NCBI GenBank assembly: GCA_963781885.1
Contig: CAWAHW010000007.1
Location: 448,001 to 512,000 of the forward strand
From: an uncultured Spirochaetota bacterium
GTDB lineage: Bacteria > Spirochaetota > Spirochaetia > SZUA-6 > Fen-1364
DNA: 64,000 bases
Reading direction: 5' to 3'
Shown: positions 1 through 9,079 of the stretch, one piece after another
Layout: every line of letters starts with the position of its first letter
Position numbering within the stretch: the first letter of the stretch is position 1
The notes under the pieces: generated by a model
Databases searched by the model: none
Seen by the model: the letters and a program-made list of their open reading frames with translations, nothing else
Told to the model about the DNA's origin: nothing
Program-made: the position numbers and the translations under genes

Positions 1-986
1 GACCCGATGGCGGCGCAGCTCTCCGCGTAGGCGGTGCGATTGGGAAGCTCGAAGGCTTCCCCGAAAGCCTCCCCGGTGTGACGGGCGCCGATGCCGCCCG
101 TGAGGTAGATCTTGGCGCTCACCATGTCGTTCCAGATCGCCTTGATGGCCGCGGCGTAGGCTTCATCCGGCCACAGGGCGGCGATGTCCGCCATGCCGCA
201 GTACATGTAGACGGCGCGCACGGCGTGGCCGACCGCCTCCCGCTGTTCGAGCACCGGCAGGTGATCCTGGGCATAGGCCGCGTTGCCGTCCCAGGCGTAG
301 AGGGTCCGGCCCTCGTGCCGTCCCCGCTGTTCGAGGAAGAAGCGCGCCTGCTGGAGGAAGCCGCGGTCCCGCGTGATCCTGTACAGCCGCGCAAGCCCCA
401 TCTCCACGATCTGGTGTCCGCACATGTCATGACGGCCCTCGGGGCCGAAGACCGAGCGGATGAGGGCAGCGCTCTTCAGCGCGATGTCGAGCAGGCTCTT
501 CTTCCCGGTGGCCGTGGCGTGGGCGCAGGCGGCCTCGTAGAGGTGCCCGCAGTTGTACAGCTCGTGGCTCATGAGGAGATTCGACCAGCGCGCGCTGCCG
601 GCAAAAGAAAGCACATGGGCGGGATCGATCGTTCGATTCGTGTAGAGGTACCCGTCCGGCTCCTGCGCCCGCGCGATCAGGGAGATCAGCCCGTCGAGAT
701 AGCTCTCCATCGCCGGGTCCGGGTGCTGCGCGAGCGAATAGGAGGCGCCCTCGATGCCCTTGTACACGTCGGTATCCTCGAAGGGCATCTTCCCCACGTA
801 TGGCCCGTCCAGCAGACCGGCGGCGCGGCGGAAGTTGTCGATCCTGCCGAACTGCTCGCACTTGCGGAAGACCGACGGGATGGTGACCGCGCGATTGGTT
901 TCAAGGCGCGGTTTCCAAAAGGCGTCCTCCAGGCTCACGGCGCGGAAGTCCACCGGGGCGATCGGGTAGTCGATCATTTGCTCCAT
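1..986 (-). CDS. Glycoside hydrolase family 127 (beta-L-arabinofuranosidase-like), 3' end outside window
   Basis: Not in the ORF track; hand translation from ATG 986 gives MEQMIDYPIAPVDF...PFEDTDVYKGIEGASY...HELYNCGHLYEAA...AVGHAVRAVYMYCGMAD...YLTGGIGARHTGEAF...YAESCAAIG, which are GH127 motifs. Confidence 0.9.
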   Translation of the reverse strand, partial: MEQMIDYPIAPVDFRAVSLEDAFWKPRLETNRAVTIPSVFRKCEQFGRIDNFRRAAGLLDGPYVGKMPFEDTDVYKGIEGASYSLAQHPDPAMESYLDGLISLIARAQEPDGYLYTNRTIDPAHVLSFAGSARWSNLLMSHELYNCGHLYEAACAHATATGKKSLLDIALKSAALIRSVFGPEGRHDMCGHQIVEMGLARLYRITRDRGFLQQARFFLEQRGRHEGRTLYAWDGNAAYAQDHLPVLEQREAVGHAVRAVYMYCGMADIAALWPDEAYAAAIKAIWNDMVSAKIYLTGGIGARHTGEAFGEAFELPNRTAYAESCAAIG

Positions 987-987
987 G

Positions 988-1830
988 CTATGCCTTCAGC
1001 CCCGAGAGCACGATGCCCTCGATGAAGTATCTCTGTCCGACGAAATAGAGGGCGACCGCTGGTGCGATCGACATTGTGCAGGCGGCCATGATGGCCCGGT
1101 AGTCCGTGCCGAAGCCCGCCCGGAAGTTCGCCAGGCCCTGGGAGATCGTATTCTGCTGGTTGCGCGAGATGTAGATGAGCGGCCCCAGCAGGTCGTTCCA
1201 GTAGAGGATGAACGTGAAGAGGAAGATCGAGATGAGGACCGGCTTGACGAGGGGCAGGAGGATCTGGAAAAGGGTCCGCAGGTGCCCTGCCCCGTCGATG
1301 TACGCCGCCTCGTCGAGGTCGCGGGGGATGGTCATGAGGAACTGCCGTCCGAGGAAGATGTTGAACCCGCCGCCGCCGAGGAAGGCCGGCACGATCAGGG
1401 GTATGTACCCGTTGGAGAGCCCGAGTGCGGTCCAGCCGAGGAAAATCGGGATGATCGTCACGGAGCCCGGCATGAGCATGGAGGCGATCACCATCGTGAA
1501 CCAGAACTTCTTGCCGCTGAATTCGAGGCGGGCGAAGGCATAGGCGGCGAGCGTGGACGTGAGGAGCACGCCGAAGAGGGACGGCACGGTGATGGTGAGC
1601 GTGTTGAGGAGGTACCTCCCGAACGGGAATGTCCGCAGCGTCTGGGGGTAGTTTTCCCAATGCCAGACGCTGGGCAGGAGCTCGGGCGGGTAGCGGTTGA
1701 TCGCGATATTCGACATGAAGGACGAGCGCACCATCCAGAAGAACGGGAAGATGCACGCGATGGCGAGCAGGGAGATGATGAGCGTGACGGGGATATTCGG
1801 CCTCTTGTGCGTCCGCATGGGATTCCTCAC
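988..1830 (-). CDS. Carbohydrate ABC transporter permease (MalG-like)
   Basis: Several hydrophobic segments; EAA motif IPRDLDEAAYIDGAG; start may instead be ATG 1818. Confidence 0.92.
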   Translation of the reverse strand: MRNPMRTHKRPNIPVTLIISLLAIACIFPFFWMVRSSFMSNIAINRYPPELLPSVWHWENYPQTLRTFPFGRYLLNTLTITVPSLFGVLLTSTLAAYAFARLEFSGKKFWFTMVIASMLMPGSVTIIPIFLGWTALGLSNGYIPLIVPAFLGGGGFNIFLGRQFLMTIPRDLDEAAYIDGAGHLRTLFQILLPLVKPVLISIFLFTFILYWNDLLGPLIYISRNQQNTISQGLANFRAGFGTDYRAIMAACTMSIAPAVALYFVGQRYFIEGIVLSGLKA

Positions 1831-2714
1831 TTGCCCTCGAAGAACATCCAGCGCCGCGAGGTGGCGAAGATCAGCCCCGTGAGCGCGCCGATGAAAAGGA
1901 AGAAGATGAGGGACACGGCGGCGGCGTGGCCGAAATTGTTCCGTTCGAATCCCTCCCGGAAGATGAGGAGCACCATGTAGAGCGTCGAATTGTTCGGCCC
2001 CCCGCGCGTGAGCGCCCGGGCGGGAACGAAGATCTGCAGATTCGTCACCATGCTCATGAGCACATTGAAAAGGATGATGGGCGACATCAGGGGGAGGGTG
2101 ATGTGGCGGAAGCGATGCCAGGCTTTGCCGCCGTCGATTTCCACCGCCTCCAGGTAGGACCGCGGGATGCCCTGCAGACCCGCCAGGAAGATGACGATGA
2201 AATTGCCCAGCCCCCAGACCGTCAGAACAATGATCGACGGGGTGGCGGTGAGGTTATTGCCCAGCCACTGCACCTTGTCGATGCCCAGGAGACTCAGGGC
2301 GTAGTTGAACACGCCGAAATTCGCCTCGTACATCCAGCCCCAGACGACGCTCGCCCCGATGATGGGAACGACGTAGGGAAGGAAGAAGACGGAGCGGAAG
2401 AAGCCCCGCGCGGGGATCCTCTGGTTGAGAATCATCGCGATGACGAACGCATAGAGCGTTCCCGTGATCACCGCGCCGACGGCGAAGTACAGCGTCGCCA
2501 CGACGGACGGCAGGAAGAACGGGTCGACGGTGAAGATCTCGCGGAAATTGCCCAGTCCCACGAAGGTCGGCGCCACGAGCCCCGTCCAATGCGTGAGGCT
2601 GATGCCCACGACGCCAAGGATCGGGAGGGTGGTCATGAAGACCAGGCCCAGGATCGCGGGCGTGAGGAACACGTAGGCCACCAGGTTCGCCCTGGACCGC
2701 CGTTTGCCTGCCAT
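1827..2714 (-). CDS. Carbohydrate ABC transporter permease (MalF-like)
   Basis: LAGLQGIPRSYLEAVEIDGG EAA loop; FRHITLPLMSP. Confidence 0.92.
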   Translation of the reverse strand: MAGKRRSRANLVAYVFLTPAILGLVFMTTLPILGVVGISLTHWTGLVAPTFVGLGNFREIFTVDPFFLPSVVATLYFAVGAVITGTLYAFVIAMILNQRIPARGFFRSVFFLPYVVPIIGASVVWGWMYEANFGVFNYALSLLGIDKVQWLGNNLTATPSIIVLTVWGLGNFIVIFLAGLQGIPRSYLEAVEIDGGKAWHRFRHITLPLMSPIILFNVLMSMVTNLQIFVPARALTRGGPNNSTLYMVLLIFREGFERNNFGHAAAVSLIFFLFIGALTGLIFATSRRWMFFEGK

Positions 2715-2758
2715 TTCGAAGCCTCCTCGTGCGTCAAGTCCCGTGCCGTGGAGGGCGA

Positions 2759-2790
2759 CCCCCGTGCGCGCCTCTCGCGCGCCGGGGGGC
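2759..2790 (-). other. GC-rich stem-loop between the solute-binding gene and permease (possible mRNA stability element)
   Basis: CCCC-GTGCGCG-cctct-CGCGCGC-CGGGGG inverted repeat without a U tract. Confidence 0.4.
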
Positions 2791-2810
2791 CCTTGCAGGG
2801 ATGGTGAGCC

Positions 2811-4169
2811 TTATTTCGCCTTGTGATCGTCGAAGAATTGCTGCAGCTGGGGCATGATCTTCGTGATGTAGTCCTTTGCCGTCTGGTTGCCGTTCCACAC
2901 GTTGTCGATGCCGCTTTCCAGGATGTCGTTGAGGCCGGTGTAGCCGTTGAAGTAGTACCAGGGAACCTGCACCGCGTTGTGCATCGCGTAGTCGATGACC
3001 GCGGTCTTGTACATGGCGAAGGGCGGCCGGGCGGTCTTCGTGATCGCGGGGTCGGCCCACTGCCGCATGTTCGCTTCGCTGGAATACCACTTTGCCATGA
3101 CGGGCATGAGGGTGCCGTTCAGGATCACCGGCCACTGGTTCTGCTCGTCGGCCCACCAGCGGATGAATGTCATCGCGGCGGCGAGATTCTTCGTGCTGCT
3201 GAAGATGCCGTACGGAGCCCCGGTATTGTAGGTGACCGCCTTCTTGAACTTCGGCAGGACGCCCACGCCGTAATCCAGGCCGTCCTTCACGGAGTTCACC
3301 AGGGTGATGCCGATGTTCCACTGCCCGCCGGTGGCCATGGCGACCTTCCCCGTGAGCAGGTTGACGTCGAGCGTCGACATCGCCGCAAGATCCGAGCGCG
3401 AGGGGGCGACGTGATCTTTCGCATACAGGTCGGCGACGGCCTGCATGGCGTCAATGGACTCTTGCTTTCCGATGAGGAGCTGCTGGCCGTCGGGGCTCAT
3501 GAGCCCGCCGCCATTGGAGACCGCGGCGATGGGCCACATCCACCACGTCCGGTCGAAATCGGTCCCGTACTGGACGATGTTCTTCGGATCGAAGCCCGCC
3601 TGGTCGGCGGTCTTTCCGTTCTTGTCTTTCGTGAGCTTCTTCGCGACGTCCACGTACTGCTGCCAGGTCCACGCCTTGTCCGCGCTCGCGGGCGGGTAGG
3701 GGAGCTTTGCCGCGTCGAAGAGCTTTTTGTTGTAGTACATCAGGAGCACTTCGTTGCCCGAGCTGTAGCCGACCGGCTTGCCCTTGTACGTGAATGCAAG
3801 CGATTTCAGGGGCGCGTTGTCCGCCGGATACATGCTGCTCACGTCCGCCAGGAGCCCGGCGGAGGCGAACTCGAGCGCCATCGCCTCGGAGAGCTCGGTG
3901 CAGTCAGGGAGCTGCTTTCCCGCCGCCATGGTGTTGACCTTCGTCTCGTAGCCGTCGCGCGGGATGATGATGAGTGTCGCGTGCACCTTGTCCTGCGACG
4001 CGTTGAAGCGGTCCATGGTCGCCTGGACCTGGTCGGCCTCCGACTGCGTCGTGTTGTACCAGGCCATGTAGGTGATCTCGACCTTGTCTGCCGCCGCGAC
4101 CTGGCCGGCCGCGAAGACCGCGAAGGTCGCGACGAGCGCGATGGCGAGCATCTTTCTGGAAAGTGTCAT
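2811..4169 (-). CDS. Sugar ABC transporter substrate-binding protein
   Basis: Signal peptide MTLSRKMLAIALVATFAVFAAGQVAA; motifs LLMYYNKKLFDAAKLPYP, WTWQQY, TGKVAM; AGGAG SD before ATG 4169. Confidence 0.9.
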   Translation of the reverse strand: MTLSRKMLAIALVATFAVFAAGQVAAADKVEITYMAWYNTTQSEADQVQATMDRFNASQDKVHATLIIIPRDGYETKVNTMAAGKQLPDCTELSEAMALEFASAGLLADVSSMYPADNAPLKSLAFTYKGKPVGYSSGNEVLLMYYNKKLFDAAKLPYPPASADKAWTWQQYVDVAKKLTKDKNGKTADQAGFDPKNIVQYGTDFDRTWWMWPIAAVSNGGGLMSPDGQQLLIGKQESIDAMQAVADLYAKDHVAPSRSDLAAMSTLDVNLLTGKVAMATGGQWNIGITLVNSVKDGLDYGVGVLPKFKKAVTYNTGAPYGIFSSTKNLAAAMTFIRWWADEQNQWPVILNGTLMPVMAKWYSSEANMRQWADPAITKTARPPFAMYKTAVIDYAMHNAVQVPWYYFNGYTGLNDILESGIDNVWNGNQTAKDYITKIMPQLQQFFDDHKAK

Positions 4170-4331
4170 TCGTATTCTCCTTCTGCCCGGCATTCCGTGC
4201 CCGTGCCGGCCGCTCTGACCCTGTACGCTCGCTCACCGAATGGTTATGATCGGGCGTACCCAACGGCTTGCGGCGTCGGGTGTGTGCTCTTGCAGGCTCG
4301 CCCCGGCGCCGCGGCTGTTCTCTCACTTGCC

Positions 4332-5477
4332 TCAATCGCCTCCCTTCTTCACCTCCTGACAGGATCTTCTGATCACCAGATCGATCGGAAACTCCATTCT
4401 CACCGGCGGAAGGCCGGCATTTTCCACCCGTTCGAGCAGCCTCCGTGCCGCGGACCGCGCCATGTCTCGCGAATGGATCTTCATCGTCGTGAGGGGGGGC
4501 GAGGAATGCCGCGCAAGCTCGGTGTCGTCGAAACCGATGACACTCACGTCCTCGGGCACGCGCCTGCCGTTTTCCGAGAGTGAAGAAAGCGCACCGATGG
4601 CGAGCAGGTCGTTGGCGCAGAACACCGCCGTGAGGTCCGTGTTCCGCTTCAGGAGCCGGCTCATTGCCGCGTAGCCCGCCTCAGCCGACCATCCTTCATC
4701 CCCGTCGCTGAAACGCTCTTCCACGGCAGCGCCCGTCTCGGCCATGGTCTCTTTCCACGCAAGGAATCTGATGCGCGCGGAGTCAAGGGCCAGCGGGCCG
4801 TTGACAATGGCGATGCGCTCGTGCCCCAGCCCCTGCAGGTAGCGGACCGCGGCGCGCGCGCCCGCCGCGAGGTCCATCGTGACCAGGTCGATGCCGTCGG
4901 CGGTCGCCGTGGGCGCCAGGAGCACCGCCGGGATGCCTGCCGTCTTCATCTGGGCAAGCAGCGCCGGATTGCGCGCTTCCTCGACGATCACGCCGTCGAC
5001 CTTTTCGAGAAAGCTGCGGAATCCGTCGATCTCCTGCGGATCGTAGTCGTCGAGATAGGTGAAAAGCGTGTGGCGGCCCGAGCGGGCCGTTTCCTCCTCG
5101 ATACCGAGGAAGATGTCGAAATAGAAGGCCTCCGAGGCGATCGGCCTGCGGGCGGACTTTTCCTTGCAGACGACGTACCCGAGTGTCCCCGTCGTGACGC
5201 GCGGCTCCGCTTTTGGCCCGGGTCTGCGGCGCACGAACGTCCCTTGCCCCACCGACCGTTCGAAGAGCCCCCGGGAGGTGAGGGAGAGCACGGCGTTGCG
5301 TACCGTTGTGCGGCTCACCTTGAGCTCTTCCGCCAGATCGCGTTCCGACGGGATCTTGGACCCGACGGCCCAGGCTGAGGATTCTATCTGCGCCGTGAGG
5401 AACGATTCGACCTGCGCCTGGAAGGAATCGTGCGTGTTTCTGTGTATTTGGATATTGGCATTTTGCGCTCTTGTCAT
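4332..5477 (-). CDS. GntR-HTH plus LacI-type sugar-binding regulator (AraR-like)
   Basis: N-terminal KIPSERDLAEELKVSRTTVRNA...GQGTFV; C-terminal AVFCANDLLAIGA, VPEDVSVIGFDD, PPLTT. Confidence 0.9.
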   Translation of the reverse strand: MTRAQNANIQIHRNTHDSFQAQVESFLTAQIESSAWAVGSKIPSERDLAEELKVSRTTVRNAVLSLTSRGLFERSVGQGTFVRRRPGPKAEPRVTTGTLGYVVCKEKSARRPIASEAFYFDIFLGIEEETARSGRHTLFTYLDDYDPQEIDGFRSFLEKVDGVIVEEARNPALLAQMKTAGIPAVLLAPTATADGIDLVTMDLAAGARAAVRYLQGLGHERIAIVNGPLALDSARIRFLAWKETMAETGAAVEERFSDGDEGWSAEAGYAAMSRLLKRNTDLTAVFCANDLLAIGALSSLSENGRRVPEDVSVIGFDDTELARHSSPPLTTMKIHSRDMARSAARRLLERVENAGLPPVRMEFPIDLVIRRSCQEVKKGGD

Positions 5478-5479
5478 AA

Positions 5480-5528
5480 TGGTTATAACCAATTGCAACC
5501 ATTATCATCCGCGACGGAAAAGTGTCAA
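5480..5528 (-). promoter_or_regulatory. Sigma70-like promoter and palindromic operator of the sugar operon
   Basis: TTGACA (5528-5523), 16 bp, GATAAT (5506-5501); perfect palindrome TGGTTATAACCA at 5480-5491. Confidence 0.65.
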
Positions 5529-5629
5529 GTATTATTTTTGGCGATTTTTCCGCCATTGAAGGGGTCCGCCGACGCGGCTTTTGCCGCCGGATAGGCGCCG
5601 GGAGGACGCACCGCTATACTCTTACAGTC

Positions 5630-7285
5630 ATGCGAAGATCGCGATTCCGCCGGGTGATGCGCTTTTTTACCGGCGTCATGCTGCAGGAGCTGTTCTGGGA
5701 CCTGCTGCTCCCGAAGATCGGCCTGGGGGGCATCTCGCGGCGCACGCGATCGCGGCGTTTCATGAAGACCGCGACGCGCTTCCGCGCCTTGGCCGTCCGC
5801 TTGGGCGGGGTCCTCATCAAGGTCGGGCAGTTCCTTTCCTCGCGGCTGGACGTGCTGCCGCGCGAGATCACCTCCGAGCTTTCGGGTCTCCAGGACGAGG
5901 TGGGAGCGGAGAGCTTCGCGGCGATCCGTGCCGTCATCGAAGCCGAGTTCGGCATTCCGCTCGCGAGGAAGTTCCTCGACTTCGACCCCGTGCCGCTCGC
6001 TTCTGCCTCCATTGGCCAGGTCCATCGGGCGCGCCTGTGCGATGCCGACGACGGCGGCGCGCCCTGCCCGCCGGTTGTCGTGAAGGTGCAGCGCCCCCGG
6101 ATCCAGGAAATCGTGGAAGCGGACCTTGCGGCGATCCGGGTCGCCGGCGGGTGGCTCCAGCGGATTGCCTCCGTGCGGCGCCATGTGAATGTGCCGGCTC
6201 TGATCGAGGAGTTCAGCCGCACCCTCTACGAGGAGATCGATTACATCCACGAGGGAAAGAACGCGGAGCGTTTTGCGCACAACTTCGCCGGGCGCGCGGA
6301 GGTGGTCGTGCCGAGCGTGATCTGGAGCCACACGACCCGGCGCGTCCTCACGCTCCAGGACGTCGGGGCAGTGAAGATCACCGACTATGCCGCCATCGAG
6401 GCCGCGGGGGTCTCCCGCGCGGAAGTGGCGGACAAGCTGCTCGACGTTTATCTCAAGCAGGTCTTCGAGGACGGTTTCTTCCATGCCGATCCGCACCCCG
6501 GTAATCTCTTCATCCTGCCCACGCCGACCCGGACGAAGCCCGGGGCATGGAAGCTCGTCTTCGTGGACTTCGGCATGGCAGGGCTCCTCGAGCCGGGCTC
6601 ATTTTCCGGACTGCGCGAGACCCTCCTTGCCATCGGCACGCGCGATGCGCCTCGTCTCGTGCATGCGTTCGAGACCCTCCACGTGCTGCTGCCGGGGGCC
6701 GACCGCGATCTGATCGAGCGCGCCTGCCGCAGGATATTCGACACGGTATGGGGAAAATCGACGCGTGAGATGATGCGGATGACCAACGCCGAGGCGGGCG
6801 CTTTTGCCGCCGAGTTCGGCGATCTCCTCTATGAGATGCCCTTCCAGGTGCCCGAGAACCTGATCCTCCTCGGCAGGTGCGTGAGCATCCTCTCCGGCAT
6901 CGCCACGGGTCTAAATCCCGAGTTCGCCGTATGGAACGGTCTTGCCCCGTACGTGCAGAAGCTCATCGAGCGGGAGGGGGGAAGCGGCGTCCGCGCGGTG
7001 CTGAAGGAGATCGGCAACCTGGCGCGGACCCTCTTTGCCCTGCCGAAGCGCGCCGACGAGCTTGCCACCCGCATGGAGCAGGGCCGGATGGAAGTCCGCA
7101 TGCCGGACATGAAACAATATGTCACGCGCCTGGAGCACAGCGCGCGCAAGCTCGGCGGCTCTATCGTCTTTGCAGCGGGGCTTGTCGCGGGAACGGATCT
7201 CTACCTGGGCGGGCACCTGGAGCTGGCACTCGGCGTCGGGGCGGCGGAGCTGATCCTCCTGGTCTGGATCCTTTTCAGTCGCTAG
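5630..7285 (+). CDS. ABC1/UbiB (AarF) family atypical kinase
   Basis: LGGVLIKVGQFLSSRLD, ASASIGQVH, VVVKVQRP, FFHADPHPGN, DFGM; C-terminal TM helices. Confidence 0.92.
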   Translation: MRRSRFRRVMRFFTGVMLQELFWDLLLPKIGLGGISRRTRSRRFMKTATRFRALAVRLGGVLIKVGQFLSSRLDVLPREITSELSGLQDEVGAESFAAIRAVIEAEFGIPLARKFLDFDPVPLASASIGQVHRARLCDADDGGAPCPPVVVKVQRPRIQEIVEADLAAIRVAGGWLQRIASVRRHVNVPALIEEFSRTLYEEIDYIHEGKNAERFAHNFAGRAEVVVPSVIWSHTTRRVLTLQDVGAVKITDYAAIEAAGVSRAEVADKLLDVYLKQVFEDGFFHADPHPGNLFILPTPTRTKPGAWKLVFVDFGMAGLLEPGSFSGLRETLLAIGTRDAPRLVHAFETLHVLLPGADRDLIERACRRIFDTVWGKSTREMMRMTNAEAGAFAAEFGDLLYEMPFQVPENLILLGRCVSILSGIATGLNPEFAVWNGLAPYVQKLIEREGGSGVRAVLKEIGNLARTLFALPKRADELATRMEQGRMEVRMPDMKQYVTRLEHSARKLGGSIVFAAGLVAGTDLYLGGHLELALGVGAAELILLVWILFSR

Positions 7286-7293
7286 GGGCGGGG

Positions 7294-7515
7294 CTATTCC
7301 GCCGGCTTCCTGTCGACGCGCTCGATGGCGGCGTCCAGGAGGCTGCGCATCGCCAGGAGCATCTCCTTGCGCGCGGACCGGCGGTGTTCCAGGAAGCCGT
7401 GCGGGATGAGCTCTTCGAAGCTTTGCAGCATCGAGGAGTGCGCGGCCTTTGCATGCGCGCGGGCTTCGCCGAGCTTCGAGGTGGATTCCTCAGCACTGTG
7501 GGTCTTTTCCGGCAT
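7294..7515 (-). CDS. Small helical hypothetical protein (73 aa)
   Basis: AGGAGG SD before ATG 7515; own promoter; amphipathic FLEHRRSARKEMLLAMRSLLDAAIER. Confidence 0.7.
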   Translation of the reverse strand: MPEKTHSAEESTSKLGEARAHAKAAHSSMLQSFEELIPHGFLEHRRSARKEMLLAMRSLLDAAIERVDRKPAE

Positions 7516-7533
7516 GGGGCTCCTCCTGCAATG

Positions 7534-7562
7534 AAAGTAGGACCAAACCCGGGGTGAGTCAA
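7534..7562 (-). promoter_or_regulatory. Sigma70-like promoter of the 73-aa gene
   Basis: TTGACT-17bp-TACTTT. Confidence 0.55.
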
Positions 7563-7679
7563 GGCGTATGATGTTCGAATGGGCGTCGGGGGCGACAGAC
7601 ACGCCCCTAACAAAGTATTATATAACATTAACAACTTCTCTATTCTGACTCAGGCGATCGGACGGGTACTATTGTGTCA

Positions 7680-9075
7680 ATGAAAAGGCTATTGATATTG
7701 CTGCTTGCGGGTCTTCTCCCGCTGCTGCCGCTCGCGGCGCAGGGCGCGCCTCCTGTCATCACGCTCCAGCAGAGCATCGACGCGACCCTTGCCAACGGCG
7801 ATGACAACAAGGTGCTTCAAAGCAGCCTCGATGCAGCGCGGGCACAGCATGCTCTGAACGTGTCGAAAAACTCATTTGCCCTCAACGGATCCGCAGGATA
7901 CACGGTGACAGAGCCATATGGCACCTACAATTCGAGCCTGCCAATCGCATCCGCGGGAGGTGCGTCTCCACAGGGTGGCGTGGCAGGGGTCAGCCTTTCC
8001 GGCCCTCTCACGTCGGTGAGCCTGAGCGCCTATCCCTGGATCCCACCGGCGGGGACATTCACCGACAACACGAGCTCCCTGGGCGTGACGGTGAGCCAGA
8101 CCCTCTGGAACGGATACCCGGGCGGTCCGAGCCAGGCGACCGTGGACAAGAGCCTGCTGACTCTCAAGGGCAAGGAGCTTTCGACTGATTCCAGCCGACT
8201 GGGCATTATCTACAATGTGAAAGAGGCCTACTACACGATGCTTGCCGCCCAGACGAATCTGGCCACGAAATTGCAGATCCTCGACAAGCAGAACCAGCTC
8301 CTCAAGCAGATACAAGCCGTGTATGACCTGAAGCTCGCCGCGCTCGTCGATCTCAGGACCGCCCAGCTCAACGCGCGTAGCGCCCAGGTCGACGTGGACA
8401 GCGCGAACCACGACCTGAGATTTGCCCGCATCGGTCTTGCCACGTTCATGGGCATCCCGCCGGACTCCAATTTCACCGTGGCGGACTCCACGGACCCGGT
8501 CTTGCCGGCCGCCACCGTGGAGGATGCAGTCACGCAGGGCCTCGCGCGCCGGGTGGAGATCAAGCAGGTGGAGCTGTCGCTGCAGTCGTCGAACGTCGAC
8601 CTTGCCGTGGCGCGTGGACAAGGCACGCCGACCGTCAGCGTAAACGGCGGGGCCAACGTCCTGCTGGACTGGAACAATGCCGCCACCAACGGCGGCACGG
8701 TGAACGCCGGCGTGAAAGTGGCGCTTCCGATCCTGGACGCCGGGGGTGAAAAACCAGGTGGATTCGATCCTGCGGCAGAATGACGTCTACGTCCTGCAGG
8801 AGACGCAGCTTCGCAAGAGCATCACCACCGCGATACAGAACGCATGGGACAGCCTTGCGCTGGCACGCGAGAAGCTCGACCTCGCGAAGCTATCCGCGGA
8901 CACCTTTGACCTTCAATTTCAGATCACGAAAGCCGCGCACGACGCCGGTACGGCTTCCACCCAGGACCTCCTCACCGCATCGGTGAATGAAGCCACCGCC
9001 CAGACGGCCCTTTCCGTGGCCAAAAGCGCCGTCCAGCTCGCCGCTCTGACGCTCCTCAACGCAATGGGATATTAG
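7680..9075 (+). CDS. TolC-family outer membrane efflux protein, split by a 1-nt frameshift near 8742-8746
   Basis: Signal peptide; OEP repeats (NVKEAYYTML, ARRVEIKQ, GTASTQDLLTA); ORFs 7674-8783 and 8746-9075 join across a G5 run. Confidence 0.85.
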
Positions 9076-9079
9076 GAGA

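Noticed and set aside
78-1025. 315-aa plus-strand ORF at the window start
   Set aside because: Antisense to the GH127 gene, which the track missed because its stop lies outside the window
7605-7650. AT-rich patch with three TAACA copies upstream of tolC
   Set aside because: Probably regulatory, but the spacing is irregular and no regulator can be assigned
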